DNA of 64,000 nucleotides, taken from contig CAJINV010000016.1 of NCBI GenBank assembly GCA_905178155.1, forward strand, positions 310,001 through 374,000, in the 5' to 3' direction. Of this stretch, positions 23,820-34,768 are shown in pieces. Position 1 is the first letter of the stretch. Every line of letters begins with the position of its first letter. Source of the DNA: Amoebophrya sp. A120. Its lineage: Eukaryota > Protista > Dinoflagellata. The notes beneath the pieces were generated by a model. It made no database searches and was not told the DNA's origin. It saw only the letters and a list, made by a program, of their open reading frames with translations. A program made the position numbers and the translations under genes.

Positions 23820-26800
23820 TCACCAATCGCCCATGCCCTCGGTTCTTCGGGCCCTTGGCACATTTCTTGGCGGCGTGGGCGGTCGATTCATCGTGACATT
23901 AGAATCCCAGTTTTTGTCAGCAGGTGAGTTTTTGGCGTCGGCGGGGTAGATCAATTTCTATCGTGTGCAAAAACGCCCCCGCCCCAGAGTCAAGATGTTG
24001 GCGACACTCTTGCTACGTACACGACAAATCAACTAGTTTTGGCTGTTGCGCATGAGAAGTTCTTTGGGCTCGTAGTGTAGTAGTGGTGTTTGAGGTATTG
24101 AAACCGCATCACAAATTGACTATCTTATCCTGACTCCTGATATCACCATCAAAAACGCCCTGGCATCGATATAAAATAGTCCTCATCGGGGTGCGCAGGT
24201 AAAATATTCAACACTGGGCTTCTTGCAGGCTTGCATGACACTGGGGGAGTGGGGATTGCAGTAAAATATTCAACACTGGGGGAGTGGGGCTTCTTGCTTC
24301 TTGCAGTAAAATATTCAACACTGGGGGTTATTTGCATGACACCTCTGGAGTGGGGACGCTTTTGCACAGCATAATTTTGGCACAATGGTCAAGTCACGTC
24401 GCACGAACAAGAGCGCGCCAGCATTTTTGTGATGCCCGCAATAGTCCGTGGCGCTGTGATGGTTTTTTTTTGTTGTAAACGTCAAAGTTTCTTTTCTTTT
24501 CATCTGCAGTACTGTTGCAACGAGTGCGTCTGCGTCCTTTACCTTTATACTAATTTCAGCATGATCTGTCATGCAGATGCATTTGATTTGTAGGTGTAGC
24601 TCATGCTCAAGGTTGTCACGCATGAAATAAAGTCAAAATTTATACAATCATTTTCTACCTGAACAACGTGATCAGCTTGCCGCCGGCGAATCGCTCGAAT
24701 CCGTCCATGACACACTCGTGCGCCCGCACTATCAGAGAACACGGTGCTATGAAATGCAAAAATGTCTGGGTCTGGAAACTTGTGACGCTGAGTGGCGTAT
24801 CATGAGGAGGCCACAAGTGCTGGCTCAGCATGAAAAAATTCTGAACTTGTAGGTGTTGCCTATTCTGCATGACAAATTGCGTCTCCGCATGACAGAAAAA
24901 TGCGGCTCTTGGGCAACGTGCGTGACATATTTAAGATTCATGCCAGACAAGCATGACAAACATGCATTCTTCCAGACCCAGACATTTTTACAATCCGTAG
25001 GCGCATTTTTCTGACAAAACTCGTTCACCCGGTCGGGGTATGGGACTGTCAGGATTGAAATCGTCAAAGTTGAAAATAGTTTGTCATGCATAAAGTGCAG
25101 CCCACAGAGTGCCTCTCTTGCAGAGTAGGCAAGTGAGGCAGATTGTAAGCCTGCTGAGGGGTAGAAGCTGAGCTGCTAAAGTAGCACGACAGAAGGCGCC
25201 CTCCTTACCCAAACAGCATGACAAACTGGATTTCGGCTCTACCCAAATTTGTCATGCGCCACTTGAAAACTGGGCTACAACTTTCATCCATTTTGTGCAT
25301 TACAAGTAATCTCAACTTTGTCGATTTCAATCCCGACACATCCATACGGGCCCGAATTTGAATATTCTCCCCGTTCCGTCCGGGTCCCTGGTTTCATTGG
25401 TGGGAATATCACACAGAAAAAAGCTGGCACATCAAATTTGTCTATGCAGACAAAATACACAAATGAAACATCTGCGCTGCATACCTGCAGCAGAGTGCTA
25501 TGGGCGTGCTATGTGATTGCTTTAACATTCAATCTATGCATACAAGTGTGAAGTGCTAGCACTTTTCTGTGGGATAGGTTACGCCCTTGACTGCATCCGA
25601 ATCCGACGGGTCTGACCAAAGCAGGTCGGTCACTCGCTGCTCGGATTCCGTCTGAGGATTGCGGTTTTTTTTGAATCAAGAGAGACAGCTCGGAAGGAAC
25701 AACACGCTTGTTATGCAGGGGAATTCGCATTGCACATGCACAAAAATCAATAGCATCTTCATGTCTAACCCTACCGCAGCAACTGCTATAAAAATCCCAG
25801 TTGTAAATAAAACTGTACCTGTGGTATTTGTGCGACCTGCAGCGGTCGCTTGAGCCCTTCAACATCGCGGAAAGTTTGAATACTTCCGCCGATACCGCCG
25901 TGGTGGGTATGCAAGGATGGAGAAGTGGTTCAGGGTCAATTTATCGATACTGGTTGCAAAAAATAAAACGTCGAAGCGCATCTTCATCCTGTTCAAGGCA
26001 GCGGTTAGCGCATTTCGCTTCGTTCCTATCGTCCTATCAATCTGAACCATCAACCCGACGCGCCCTATGGCGTGATCGGAGGAGAGAGGGCAAGGGCGTC
26101 TCGGTCCCTCACCGTAGAGACAGCCTGCAAGGATGCCTCAAGGCCCCTCCCCACACGCCGCAACGCAGGCGGCCCGAAGAACCCAGGGAAGGGAACTGAC
26201 AAGATGAATTCGGGCAAACCAAAGAGGGACCGGAGGACCGACCTACGAGCCCTCGACCACCGCCAATCGCCGCGCAGAGGCGGGCAACATCCCTAAAACC
26301 CATGGACATAACCGTCTAGGCCCAAGAGCACCCCCCAGGGACCAAGTGGCCTCACACAGAATGTAGCACGAGAAAGCCCAGCGATAAAGTACGCGACCTC
26401 CGCCATAAAATTCATATCCCCGACTCCTAGTAAGAGTAACCTCGAAGGCAATCAGAGAGCACCCTTGCCGCGGACAGGAGACCCTGCACCTGTGACCGTG
26501 TGAGCAGCCATGCCTAGTCCCTGAACCCTGACGCCCTGCTCCGCGAAGTTGAGCCGCCTAGACTTTCCATCAGAGAATTTGAGCGAACCCGACCCCCAGT
26601 CCCCCCACCGGGACCAGGTCCAGTCGTCGCACCACCATCCATGACCATAGCTGTGCCTATCCCTACACCAATGCCAGCGCCCTCCCCGTCCCGGGCTAGT
26701 GAAGATAAAAAGTAGAAGGAAAATAAGTGAAAACTGATAATCGTGTGCCAGCCTCCGAGACCTTCCGCGCATACGGTCCTTGCCTTGCCCCACGGGCCCT

Positions 26801-29800
26801 GATGTCCTGCTCCGGGAAGCAGAGCTGCCTAGCCTAACCCTAACTTCAAGAGAGTTTCCGCGATCCCGGCCCCTGGTCATCTCATCACGACCAGGTCCAG
26901 CCGTCGCCCTGCCGCCTACGGCCGTTACCATGCCAAACCTACATCGGCCCCACAGTCAAACTAGACTGGGTCCAGCCAATCGGTTCATCTTCTCCTGGGT
27001 CCAGCCAATCGGACGCCGTCGGCGTCGAAGCGCATCTTCATCCTGTTCCAGCCAGCGGTTAATGCAACTAACTTCTACTAGATTCTGATTTGTATGTAAA
27101 GATGCATGTCAAAAAATCCCAGTCGATAGCTTATGCTCATCCTGTAATATCATGAGATAGAGGTTCCACCTCAACATTTTTTGACAAAAAAAAATCAACG
27201 ATAGCTGATGCCAACCACCTTCTCCCCAGCATAAATGCAGAATATTCTCTTTTCAATCAGTGCGCCCATGGGAAGAAACTCGAAGACGGAGTTGAACTTC
27301 ATCCAGCAGCTCGAAGGCGAGTCCGGGTCTTCCCGCAATCTTCTCTTGCACTCTTCTCGAAAACCATAGATGGCGTTGATGGTTGGGTCCTCGTGGTTGC
27401 CGCGGATCATGTGTACCTGCCCCGGGTATTTCACTTTCAACGCGAAGAGCAGAACCACGACTTCCAGAGAATAGCTTCCTCTGTCGACAAAGTCGCCGAG
27501 GAAAAGGTAATCCACCGCGTCTATGTCGCCCAGATCCCCGTCCATTGGACCTTTGTACCTGACAAGCGAAAGCGATCATTCGTCCAGGCATAAACCTCCT
27601 ATGCGTTTCGTGCAATATTAGAAATGATGTCCTCTGCCATGCATGCGCCACAAGTACGACAAAATATCAAAGTTAAACTACGTGGAAGATATTAACACTT
27701 TGGTACCTTGCGAACAGGCGCATCAGGTCTCCAAATTGACCGTGCACGTCGCCGTAGATTTTTATCGGCGTTCTATCCATGCGAAAAGTAATATCAACAT
27801 ACTGGTGGTAATAAATTGCGTCGCAGATCTTTTTCAACTACGAAGAAAACATGGAATAGCATGTTGTCAAAATGTAAATTATAGAATCACGCAACAGAGA
27901 AGATCTGTCTACTTCATGCAGGATTGCAATTTTTTTTTGTATGAGATCAACTATAAACCATAAGCAAAGAGAAGTAGTGCAGATCCTAGTGTTCAAGGAG
28001 GATTAAGATAGGTCTCTGCTCATCTCCTCCTCCACCGCGGTTCAATGTGATCAGCATGCGTCTTCGGGACTTGTCCGACATCAATGCGGGGCCATCCGCA
28101 ATGATGTTTTAGCAAGCCGAGGCTCCTCATCCTCGTAGGTACGTAATCGCTCCACCCCGTCACGCTTGGGAAGACACAGCCAGGGTGCGCACGATCTTGC
28201 TACGCGAAGAAAGCGGGCACCCAAGAGACTGATTTTGTCTTCGACTCCATTAGCCTCTGCTATGTCTTGGCGGCTGTGTCACTGTACCTGTCTCCTTGTG
28301 CCCTGTCGCCCAAGCTGACTAGCCCAAAACAAAGCTTTTCGTTGAATAAAAAAAGGGGATTGGAAGGCATGATCATCAGCAAGGAACGACAGTGGCGGAC
28401 ATTTTTGGAAAGAGCAATCATGACGAGTTAGGATCTCTCGTCAGCGTAGCTAGTCTTCTTTCTGCCCTCTTCAGAGACAAAATCTGATTAGAGGAGACGG
28501 AAATTATCTCTAGAGGTCGCGCGCAAGGCACCTGCAAATTGAAGACACGTGACTGCTTTTCAACAAATAATGTCCATGGTAGCGGAATTATCGGAACTAG
28601 GGGTCATCCTCTGCTTTCTTATCAAAGTGCGACATCTATATCTTCCGAAGAGAAGGGGCATAAGATGTTTCTTCTCTTCACCCTTGACATTGAAATTCTC
28701 AAGGTTCGTCCGTCACTTTCCACCCCCTTGAAGCCCCTCGCTACCAATTGCAAAGAAGAGGAAAAATCTTATGAATTCAAAAACATGCCAACGGCAGAGC
28801 CGGAATCCCCAACCTTCCGCCGATATAGCACTCACTATGAAGTACTTACAGAGGGATATACGAAACTACTGCTCTTAGAAAGAAAATACAGAAAAGTGAC
28901 TGCTATCGTATACGGGGGGAAAAAATCGAAGCAGGGTGCTATTTTTTGATTGAGAAATGAATTGAGTCATCCAGGGGCATCCGGGGAGGTATTTTATCAA
29001 TGCGTCGAGAAACTGCTATACCACATCCCTTCATTTGCCCCTGGATGTTAATATCTGTTGTGTTCAGTTTTTGTTGTCCTTAGCCAATCGAACCACAGGC
29101 GCTAACGCAGGTAACCACGATACGCCAACATGAATCGACGAAGTTTCATCATCCTCCTACAACTCTATCGAACCTCATCGATCGAACCTCAAACATTTGA
29201 TATTCTTTAGAATTTTACATTTGCAGGATTGCAATTTGTTTTTGTACTTACCACTATGATCATATTACTTTTGCACAGGATACGTTCGTAGTTCTAACAG
29301 CATGGACTCCGATTTAAACACCTTAAAAACTTCGTCGCATAACTGCAGACACTATGCACTGCAAAAGTATCGTACTCGTAGTATTGCTATTGCAATACAA
29401 ATTGGCTCAGCATGAGAAATGGAATTCGTCATGCTGATGTAGCTTGGAAAAAAAATTTGTGATGCAAAACTGTAATTGGTACGAATACGATACTTTTGCA
29501 GTGCATATACACTCCCCCGGCGCGATGGCAAAGTTGTCCCCGGCTGGAGGCTGCCACGTCATAGGTTGCATATCAAATGTAAAAATGTCTGGGTCTGGAA
29601 GAATGCAACTTGTCATGCTAAATCTGAAGCATGCAAAAATCTGTGTTGCATGACTACCAAAAGTCGTCCAGTTTTGACCAAGTCGGGAGGGAGTTTCTCA
29701 TGCAGGATAGGCATGAGAGAGATCGCGCAGAATCTGTCATGCTAGGTCCTGCATTCCAGACCTCATGGGTCATGGAAAAGCTGCATGGCAAGTCGCGCAC

Positions 29801-32800
29801 TCTTCTAGACCCAGACATTTTTGCATTTCATATTGCAGAAGTCGGTCCAATATGGAGTCAGTTATACAGGAGGATGGCTGTTCCGCACACATAGATGATG
29901 AAAAAGAAAAACAAAAACTACGGTCTCTGCATGACACAACTTGCATCGCACAATCCTGTTCAGCTTCCGAATCGCAAGCGGCATACTTCAACAAGAAATT
30001 GTTCTTGGGAGCAAAATTTGTGATGCATGCATGTAGTACTTCATTGTGTATAGAACAAAATTTGTAAATTGCATATCAGCGAGGGGCGTGCTACTCTTCC
30101 CGGTGTCTATCATCCCGCGCCTGCTGTTGTTGTGCAGCTTCCGTGCTTCTATGAAAACAAAAAAATCATGCTATCACTCTTCATGCTATCACTTCGGATC
30201 ACAGACAGGATTAAATTGAGGAGGAGACGCATAAAACAATTCGAAAAGGTTCTTCTTCTACTCCCTCTGCACCCATGCACAGATTGGAATTTCATCTTCA
30301 TTCAAGCAGCCAGATAAAAAATTGGCTTCTACAGTCGGTGGTGATAGTACTAGCGTTTTTCGTTTGGATAGCTTCTTCCTCTAATGCATCAATCGCGACA
30401 CGCTTTACCATGGACGTGAAATCGCGATCAGAGGCAACCAGTACCTGATAATCAAGGACGAGGGTTTGATTTATTTCATTAAAAGCCCAGAAAACGTAAG
30501 TGCGATCGCTATTGTTTGCGCATGAGAGTGTCTGCGAAGCGGGAGGTGCCCGACAGCTGTCTCGTATGCCAACAAGTGCATCGGCTTTTTACGCACGAAG
30601 CTTCCTATATCACGAACTAGAACTACTGGTGGAGGACACGACATGTATGAGTAACTTCTAAGTGGTGGAGGATACGACATGAACTTCTAAGTATGGTTTT
30701 CTACTTGGGAGCAGGTTTACTTCGATCACACTCAAACGACATCATGAACAACCCTGTAGGAGGTCATTCCAGCAAGAAGTTGTCCAGTCATCATGATATT
30801 ACCTGGTTCGCGATGACAACGCCTTGCTTCGGCCCGGGTTTGCTTTTATTGTCTGGCGCGGGTTTGGGGCTTGGACCGGGCCGGTCTTCCTTGTTGCTAT
30901 CCGGATCCTTGATTAATTTTTCCCACCCGATATCAACTGTAAAAATGTCTGGGTCTGCAAGAATGCAAGTTTGTCATGGGTGTCTGGCATGACTCGAGAA
31001 TCTGTGTTGCATAGGCACGAAAAGGCCCTCTTACCTGTCATGCAAAAACGCAGTTTGTCATGCGGAATACGTAAGACATGGGAGCCAAAAAATTTGTCAT
31101 GCATAGCTGCGTATTGCAGTCCGTCTGCCATTCACTTTTAGCATCACAAGTTTCCAGACCCAGACATTTTTACATTTGATACCCGACCTCCTTGAAAGCT
31201 TTGTCCAAATCCAGCGCCATCAGCTCCTGGGTGGGCAGTATGGAGTTCGCAAGCGTTACACTCTCAAGCGTTGCATGAGCTTGTCATGCAGAATTCCCAC
31301 CAGTAAGTACTTATCTACATGATCAGGCTGCCTCGCATGACAAGCTGTCGACGCGGTAGGTAGCATTAGAAATCGTTCCCCTCGACGCACTTTTGCCATT
31401 CTTGCATTGCAAATTCGTGCAACAGTTGAGAGTGTAACGTTTGAGAATCGTCCCATAAGCAGACTTGGGTCCTTGTGATCGAACCCGCCGAAAGAGTAGA
31501 TTTGCCGGTCGTACACCCAAGCACTCGTCCGGAACCGATCGTTTGCGCCACTCAGGGTCTTCCACTCGCATTGGGCCGTGTCGTAGATGCAGGTGGGAAG
31601 GGCCTTGTTCACATCTGCGCCCCGACCGCCGATGATCAGCATAAACTTCTTGAAGCATATTCCAATGTGCTGGAAACGGGCTTCGGGGGAGGCTGTTGTT
31701 GATATGATTGTTGTTGGAAAAACGATATTATCTAAAGATCTGGATATCGAAACAATTTATGTTCTGTAGCACGACATGCTGCTGCTACACCTCGTTAAGT
31801 ACTCCACATTCTCACACAGCTCTGAAACCACATTTTCGTTACACAGAAACCAATCCTGCTTCGCCTCACAAATTGCAATTGTGCGTGTAGTTACCACAGA
31901 ATTGTGCGTGAAGGCTGCAAAGATGCAATAAATACCAATTTTTGTTTGCCAGTCTCTAGCATCCTCCACCATGCTACCAGAACTACACCAAAAAATTATT
32001 CTATCGCAGATCAATTCAGATTCATCATGTAAAAAAGGAAACCACCTCCCTTCTTTGGTTCAACCCAGTCCCAACTCCGATCCCGGTGTTGCCTCAAGCC
32101 CCAAATGTCCTTCAGCGAGCGCTGCGTTCTTCCCTCGCCCGTTCGCTATGAATTGCAAATATGTCTGGGTCTGGAAGGATGCGAACTTGTGATGCTGCAG
32201 CTGGATTCTATAAAAATCAGTATTGCAGGAACAGCAAAAGAGGTTCTTTTTTTTCCATTGCGAGAGGGCATTTCTCATGCGGTATAGGCATCAGAAAGCC
32301 CTCACAAAATCTGTGATGCTAGGGCATGCATCACAGACATCAGGACTCATGCAAAATGTGCATGACAAACCTTGCATCCTTCCAGAGCCAGACATTTTTG
32401 CGTCTCATATTCGCCCGCCAAAAACGATCATCATCCCGGAAGCAGGTCCCTCACGGCACACTTCCGCGGTGTGGTAGACGCGTGACAGCTATCAAAAGGA
32501 AAAATCCCCCCTCCCCATATCAAAACGAAATTCCTGATGCTGGATTTGCGTACACAAATTTGGTCTGTCTTGCTGCAAAGAATTGTGGCCAGATACTTAA
32601 GCTGTTTAGGAGCGCACGGGTCTAGCTGTATAGCATGGGAAACGCGTGCCCTGTAGGCCAACCAGCATGACACATCGCGCCCATAATGCGGCTCATCTCC
32701 CAGCGCTTGCCTTCTTGCAAGACCAAAATGATTTGTGACCACAAATCTGCATCACAAATTTTCCGAAGGGTGCCTTTTCAATATGGGGAAGGGTGATTTT

Positions 32801-33924
32801 TCGTTGCAATAACAGCGGGGGACTGCCCTTGCACGTTGGGTTCACTTCGGACCACATAAACGGAGAGTTCTCGACGTGCAGTATAGACAGGGAGAAAACT
32901 TCTACACCCATGGTATGCAGCTTTTTGAACAACAGCGTGGTCGTTTTTTATCTCCAAGAAGAACGCAGTTTTGCCATATTCCATCCGGCATTACAAATTG
33001 TTGTAAACATGGCAATCGTATTAGTATGCAAGAGCAAGGTGCAGTGGTAGCTTTTTCTAGCATATCCAGGATCCAAATGTCGGAATCTAATTTGTTGTTG
33101 ACCGAGCCGCCGCAAACGATCAGGAGCGGCTTGTTGAAAACCATCGTATGACCTGATAGAAGGTGGATTTTTTTTCTAGTCATGCAGCTTAGGTAAGTAC
33201 TTCTTACTTACCAGGGGCGGGATGAAGATTTTTATGTGCGTTATTTCTCATGCTGGGTATCTCCATCTCTTGGTGGTGTTCAGGATGACGAACCGTAAGA
33301 ACCGCGACATTTTGTAAAACAAACACGTGAAAAATTCTACTACCGTATCTCCTCCCCGGCGTCTGCCCCTTTACCGGCACGGTGAGCCACATCGACTTCC
33401 CTTCATTCCTAAAGTCGAGCACGTGCAGCTCGTCTGAAACCAAACTTCCTCCACCGGTCGCGCCGCCGTAAACGACCAACTGCGCTAACTCGACGCAGGC
33501 GGCAGAGTGTGCCGCTCGCGCGGACGGAGCAGGGCCGCCTGTCGTGTTGATTATGTTTCATCGTGTGCTTTCGCTTTCCATTCTCACTGCACGAATTTTA
33601 CGAGCGACGTGCCCCAAGGTGTATCTGTTTCGTTCCAAATCATGATTCTCCTCTCTAGTCTCTACAAGACAGCACATAAAAAATCTTTATCCACAGTAGG
33701 TACTACGTCTTACCCTCTGGGTCCGGTATGACTTTGCTCCACTCTTTTTTCGTAACGTCCAAAGAGTACGCGTCTGCCGTGATCGTGTATTCTTTCATGT
33801 CGCCCAAACAGCCACCAAACACCACCACCCTGGTGTCCCCAACAAGGGTCGCCGTGTGGCCGAACCGGGGGGCGGGCCGCTGCCCCCGCTCGCCCGAAAT
33901 CACCACGGAACGAGTTTTCGACAT
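23820..33924 (-). CDS. PPKL: Protein phosphatase with Kelch-like repeats (PPKL/BSU1-like), copy A
   Basis: Kelch motifs APRFGHT, PSARAAH, PGRRYGHTM, RVYHTA. PPP motifs [45 protein letters not shown]-terminus RPPTPPR...GDW*. Confidence 0.93.
23959..24373. mobile_element. Introner family J with an internal minisatellite
   Basis: TIR tat..tgtgcaaaa.cg.cccc; TSD atttc/atttt; removal gives VPKLIYP; internal repeats of gcagtaaaatattcaacactggg. Confidence 0.85.
24748..24999. mobile_element. Introner family A
   Basis: TSD ggtgc/ggcgc; removal gives [13 protein letters not shown]. Confidence 0.9.
25039..25346. mobile_element. Introner family B
   Basis: TSD cgggg/cgggc; removal gives KFGPDRV. Confidence 0.9.
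25908..27233. mobile_element. Old introner enlarged by a ~1-kb direct-repeat-flanked insert
   Basis: TIR tatgcaaggatggagaagtggtt / tatgctggggagaaggtggtt; removal restores catalytic IFCIHGGIG. Confidence 0.8.
27774..29282. mobile_element. Family D-like introner enlarged by a ~1.3-kb insert
   Basis: TIR tatcc.tg..aaaagtaatat; perfect TSD cgttc; removal gives [16 protein letters not shown]. Confidence 0.88.
29353..29507. mobile_element. Introner family D
   Basis: TIR tatgcactgcaaaagtatcgta; TSD gacac/tacac. Confidence 0.9.
29571..29832. mobile_element. Introner family A
   Basis: Perfect TSD ttgca. Confidence 0.9.
30931..31181. mobile_element. Introner family A
   Basis: Perfect TSD cccga. Confidence 0.9.
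31239..31457. mobile_element. Introner family C
   Basis: TSD ggcag/agcag; the rule yields DPSLPTQEL. Confidence 0.88.
32147..32409. mobile_element. Introner family A
   Basis: Perfect TSD ttcgc; removal gives FGGRTGEG. Confidence 0.9.
32490..32811. mobile_element. Introner family I (TIR tatcaaaaggaaaaatcccccctccccatat)
   Basis: Perfect TSD acagc. Confidence 0.88.
32882..33064. mobile_element. Degenerate introner
   Basis: TSD tgcag/tccag; the rule yields IWILDVENSPF. Confidence 0.8.
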
Positions 33925-34768
33925 GACGATGCTGCTCTACAAAAACTTCTTGATGTATTAAAGGAGGTGGATATTGTGGATGTAGTGCTCTACCTGGTGG
34001 TGCGTGTTGTACGTTTCTTGGTTCGTCGTGCTCCCGACGTCCAGCAATCGCTGCAGTCACTTGTTTCTCCACAGGTGGTCTTCGAAGATGTGGTCCTTGT
34101 TCTCGTCGTCCGGCACCGTTGTCTTCGGATTCACACGACGGCCTCTGGTCTACTTGTTCGGAGTCCTCGTCGTTTCTGGGCGGAGGAATACGACTGCTCG
34201 ATGAACTGGACGAGGAAGAACTTTTTGGCCTGAACAAGCACCCGAAAGATTTATTTTTGAAGACGGGCTGAGGTTGAACGAGCGCTCCGTCTTCAGTCGG
34301 GCCCTCGCGGAGAGACGAACTAGTACGTGCGGTCGTCGTCGTCGTGGTGCTAGAGGTCGTGCAGCTGGCAGGAGTTGTACTAGAACTAGTAGATGCTCCT
34401 GGTTTATTGTACCTTTGAAGTAGATGCTGAGCAAGAGCCGATGCGGTCGATTTTTGTCCTCCACCTCCGGACAAGATGAACTCGCTCGCTGGCAATACTT
34501 CTTCCGGACGACGGCGAAGTGAGCAGGGTTCACCAAGTGCTGTCAGCAGCGTGGTGGAAGAAAATGAGGTTCTTGATCTTGATGAACAAGTGTTACTACG
34601 GGACGAGGTGGAAGGCGAATCTTGTGGTCGCGCTGCACGTTCAAAAGCAAGACAAGTTCGTCGATGTGGAAAGTTGGTGGTTTGTTTTGCGTTTTGATGT
34701 GAAATAAATGCACCGTCGTGTAGTAGTTTCTCCAACATGGTCCGGCGGCCGAGCGCGAACCGGCGCAA
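33710..34768 (-). CDS. Possible low-complexity Ser/Thr-rich protein or long 5' leader ORF upstream of PPKL-A
   Basis: 352-aa ORF with poly-S/T tracts; overlaps the PPKL-A start in another frame; no recognisable domain. Confidence 0.25.
   Translation of the reverse strand: MRRFALGRRTMLEKLLHDGAFISHQNAKQTTNFPHRRTCLAFERAARPQDSPSTSSRSNTCSSRSRTSFSSTTLLTALGEPCSLRRRPEEVLPASEFILSGGGGQKSTASALAQHLLQRYNKPGASTSSSTTPASCTTSSTTTTTTARTSSSLREGPTEDGALVQPQPVFKNKSFGCLFRPKSSSSSSSSSSRIPPPRNDEDSEQVDQRPSCESEDNGAGRREQGPHLRRPPVEKQVTAAIAGRREHDEPRNVQHAPPGRALHPQYPPPLIHQEVFVEQHRHVENSFRGDFGRAGAAARPPVRPHGDPCWGHQGGGVWWLFGRHERIHDHGRRVLFGRYEKRVEQSHTGPRG

Noticed and set aside
24195-24330. Repeat-spacer-like pattern resembling a CRISPR array
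   Set aside because: Only 3 units with repetitive spacers, inside a eukaryotic intron, and no cas genes.
28020-28260. Possible tyrosine-recombinase remnant (..[16 protein letters not shown]..) on the minus strand
   Set aside because: Interrupted by stops and lacking a clear HxxR motif; too weak to call without an HMM search.
30627-30692. Two-copy ~30-35 bp tandem repeat
   Set aside because: Ordinary slippage duplication within a GT-AG intron of PPKL-A.
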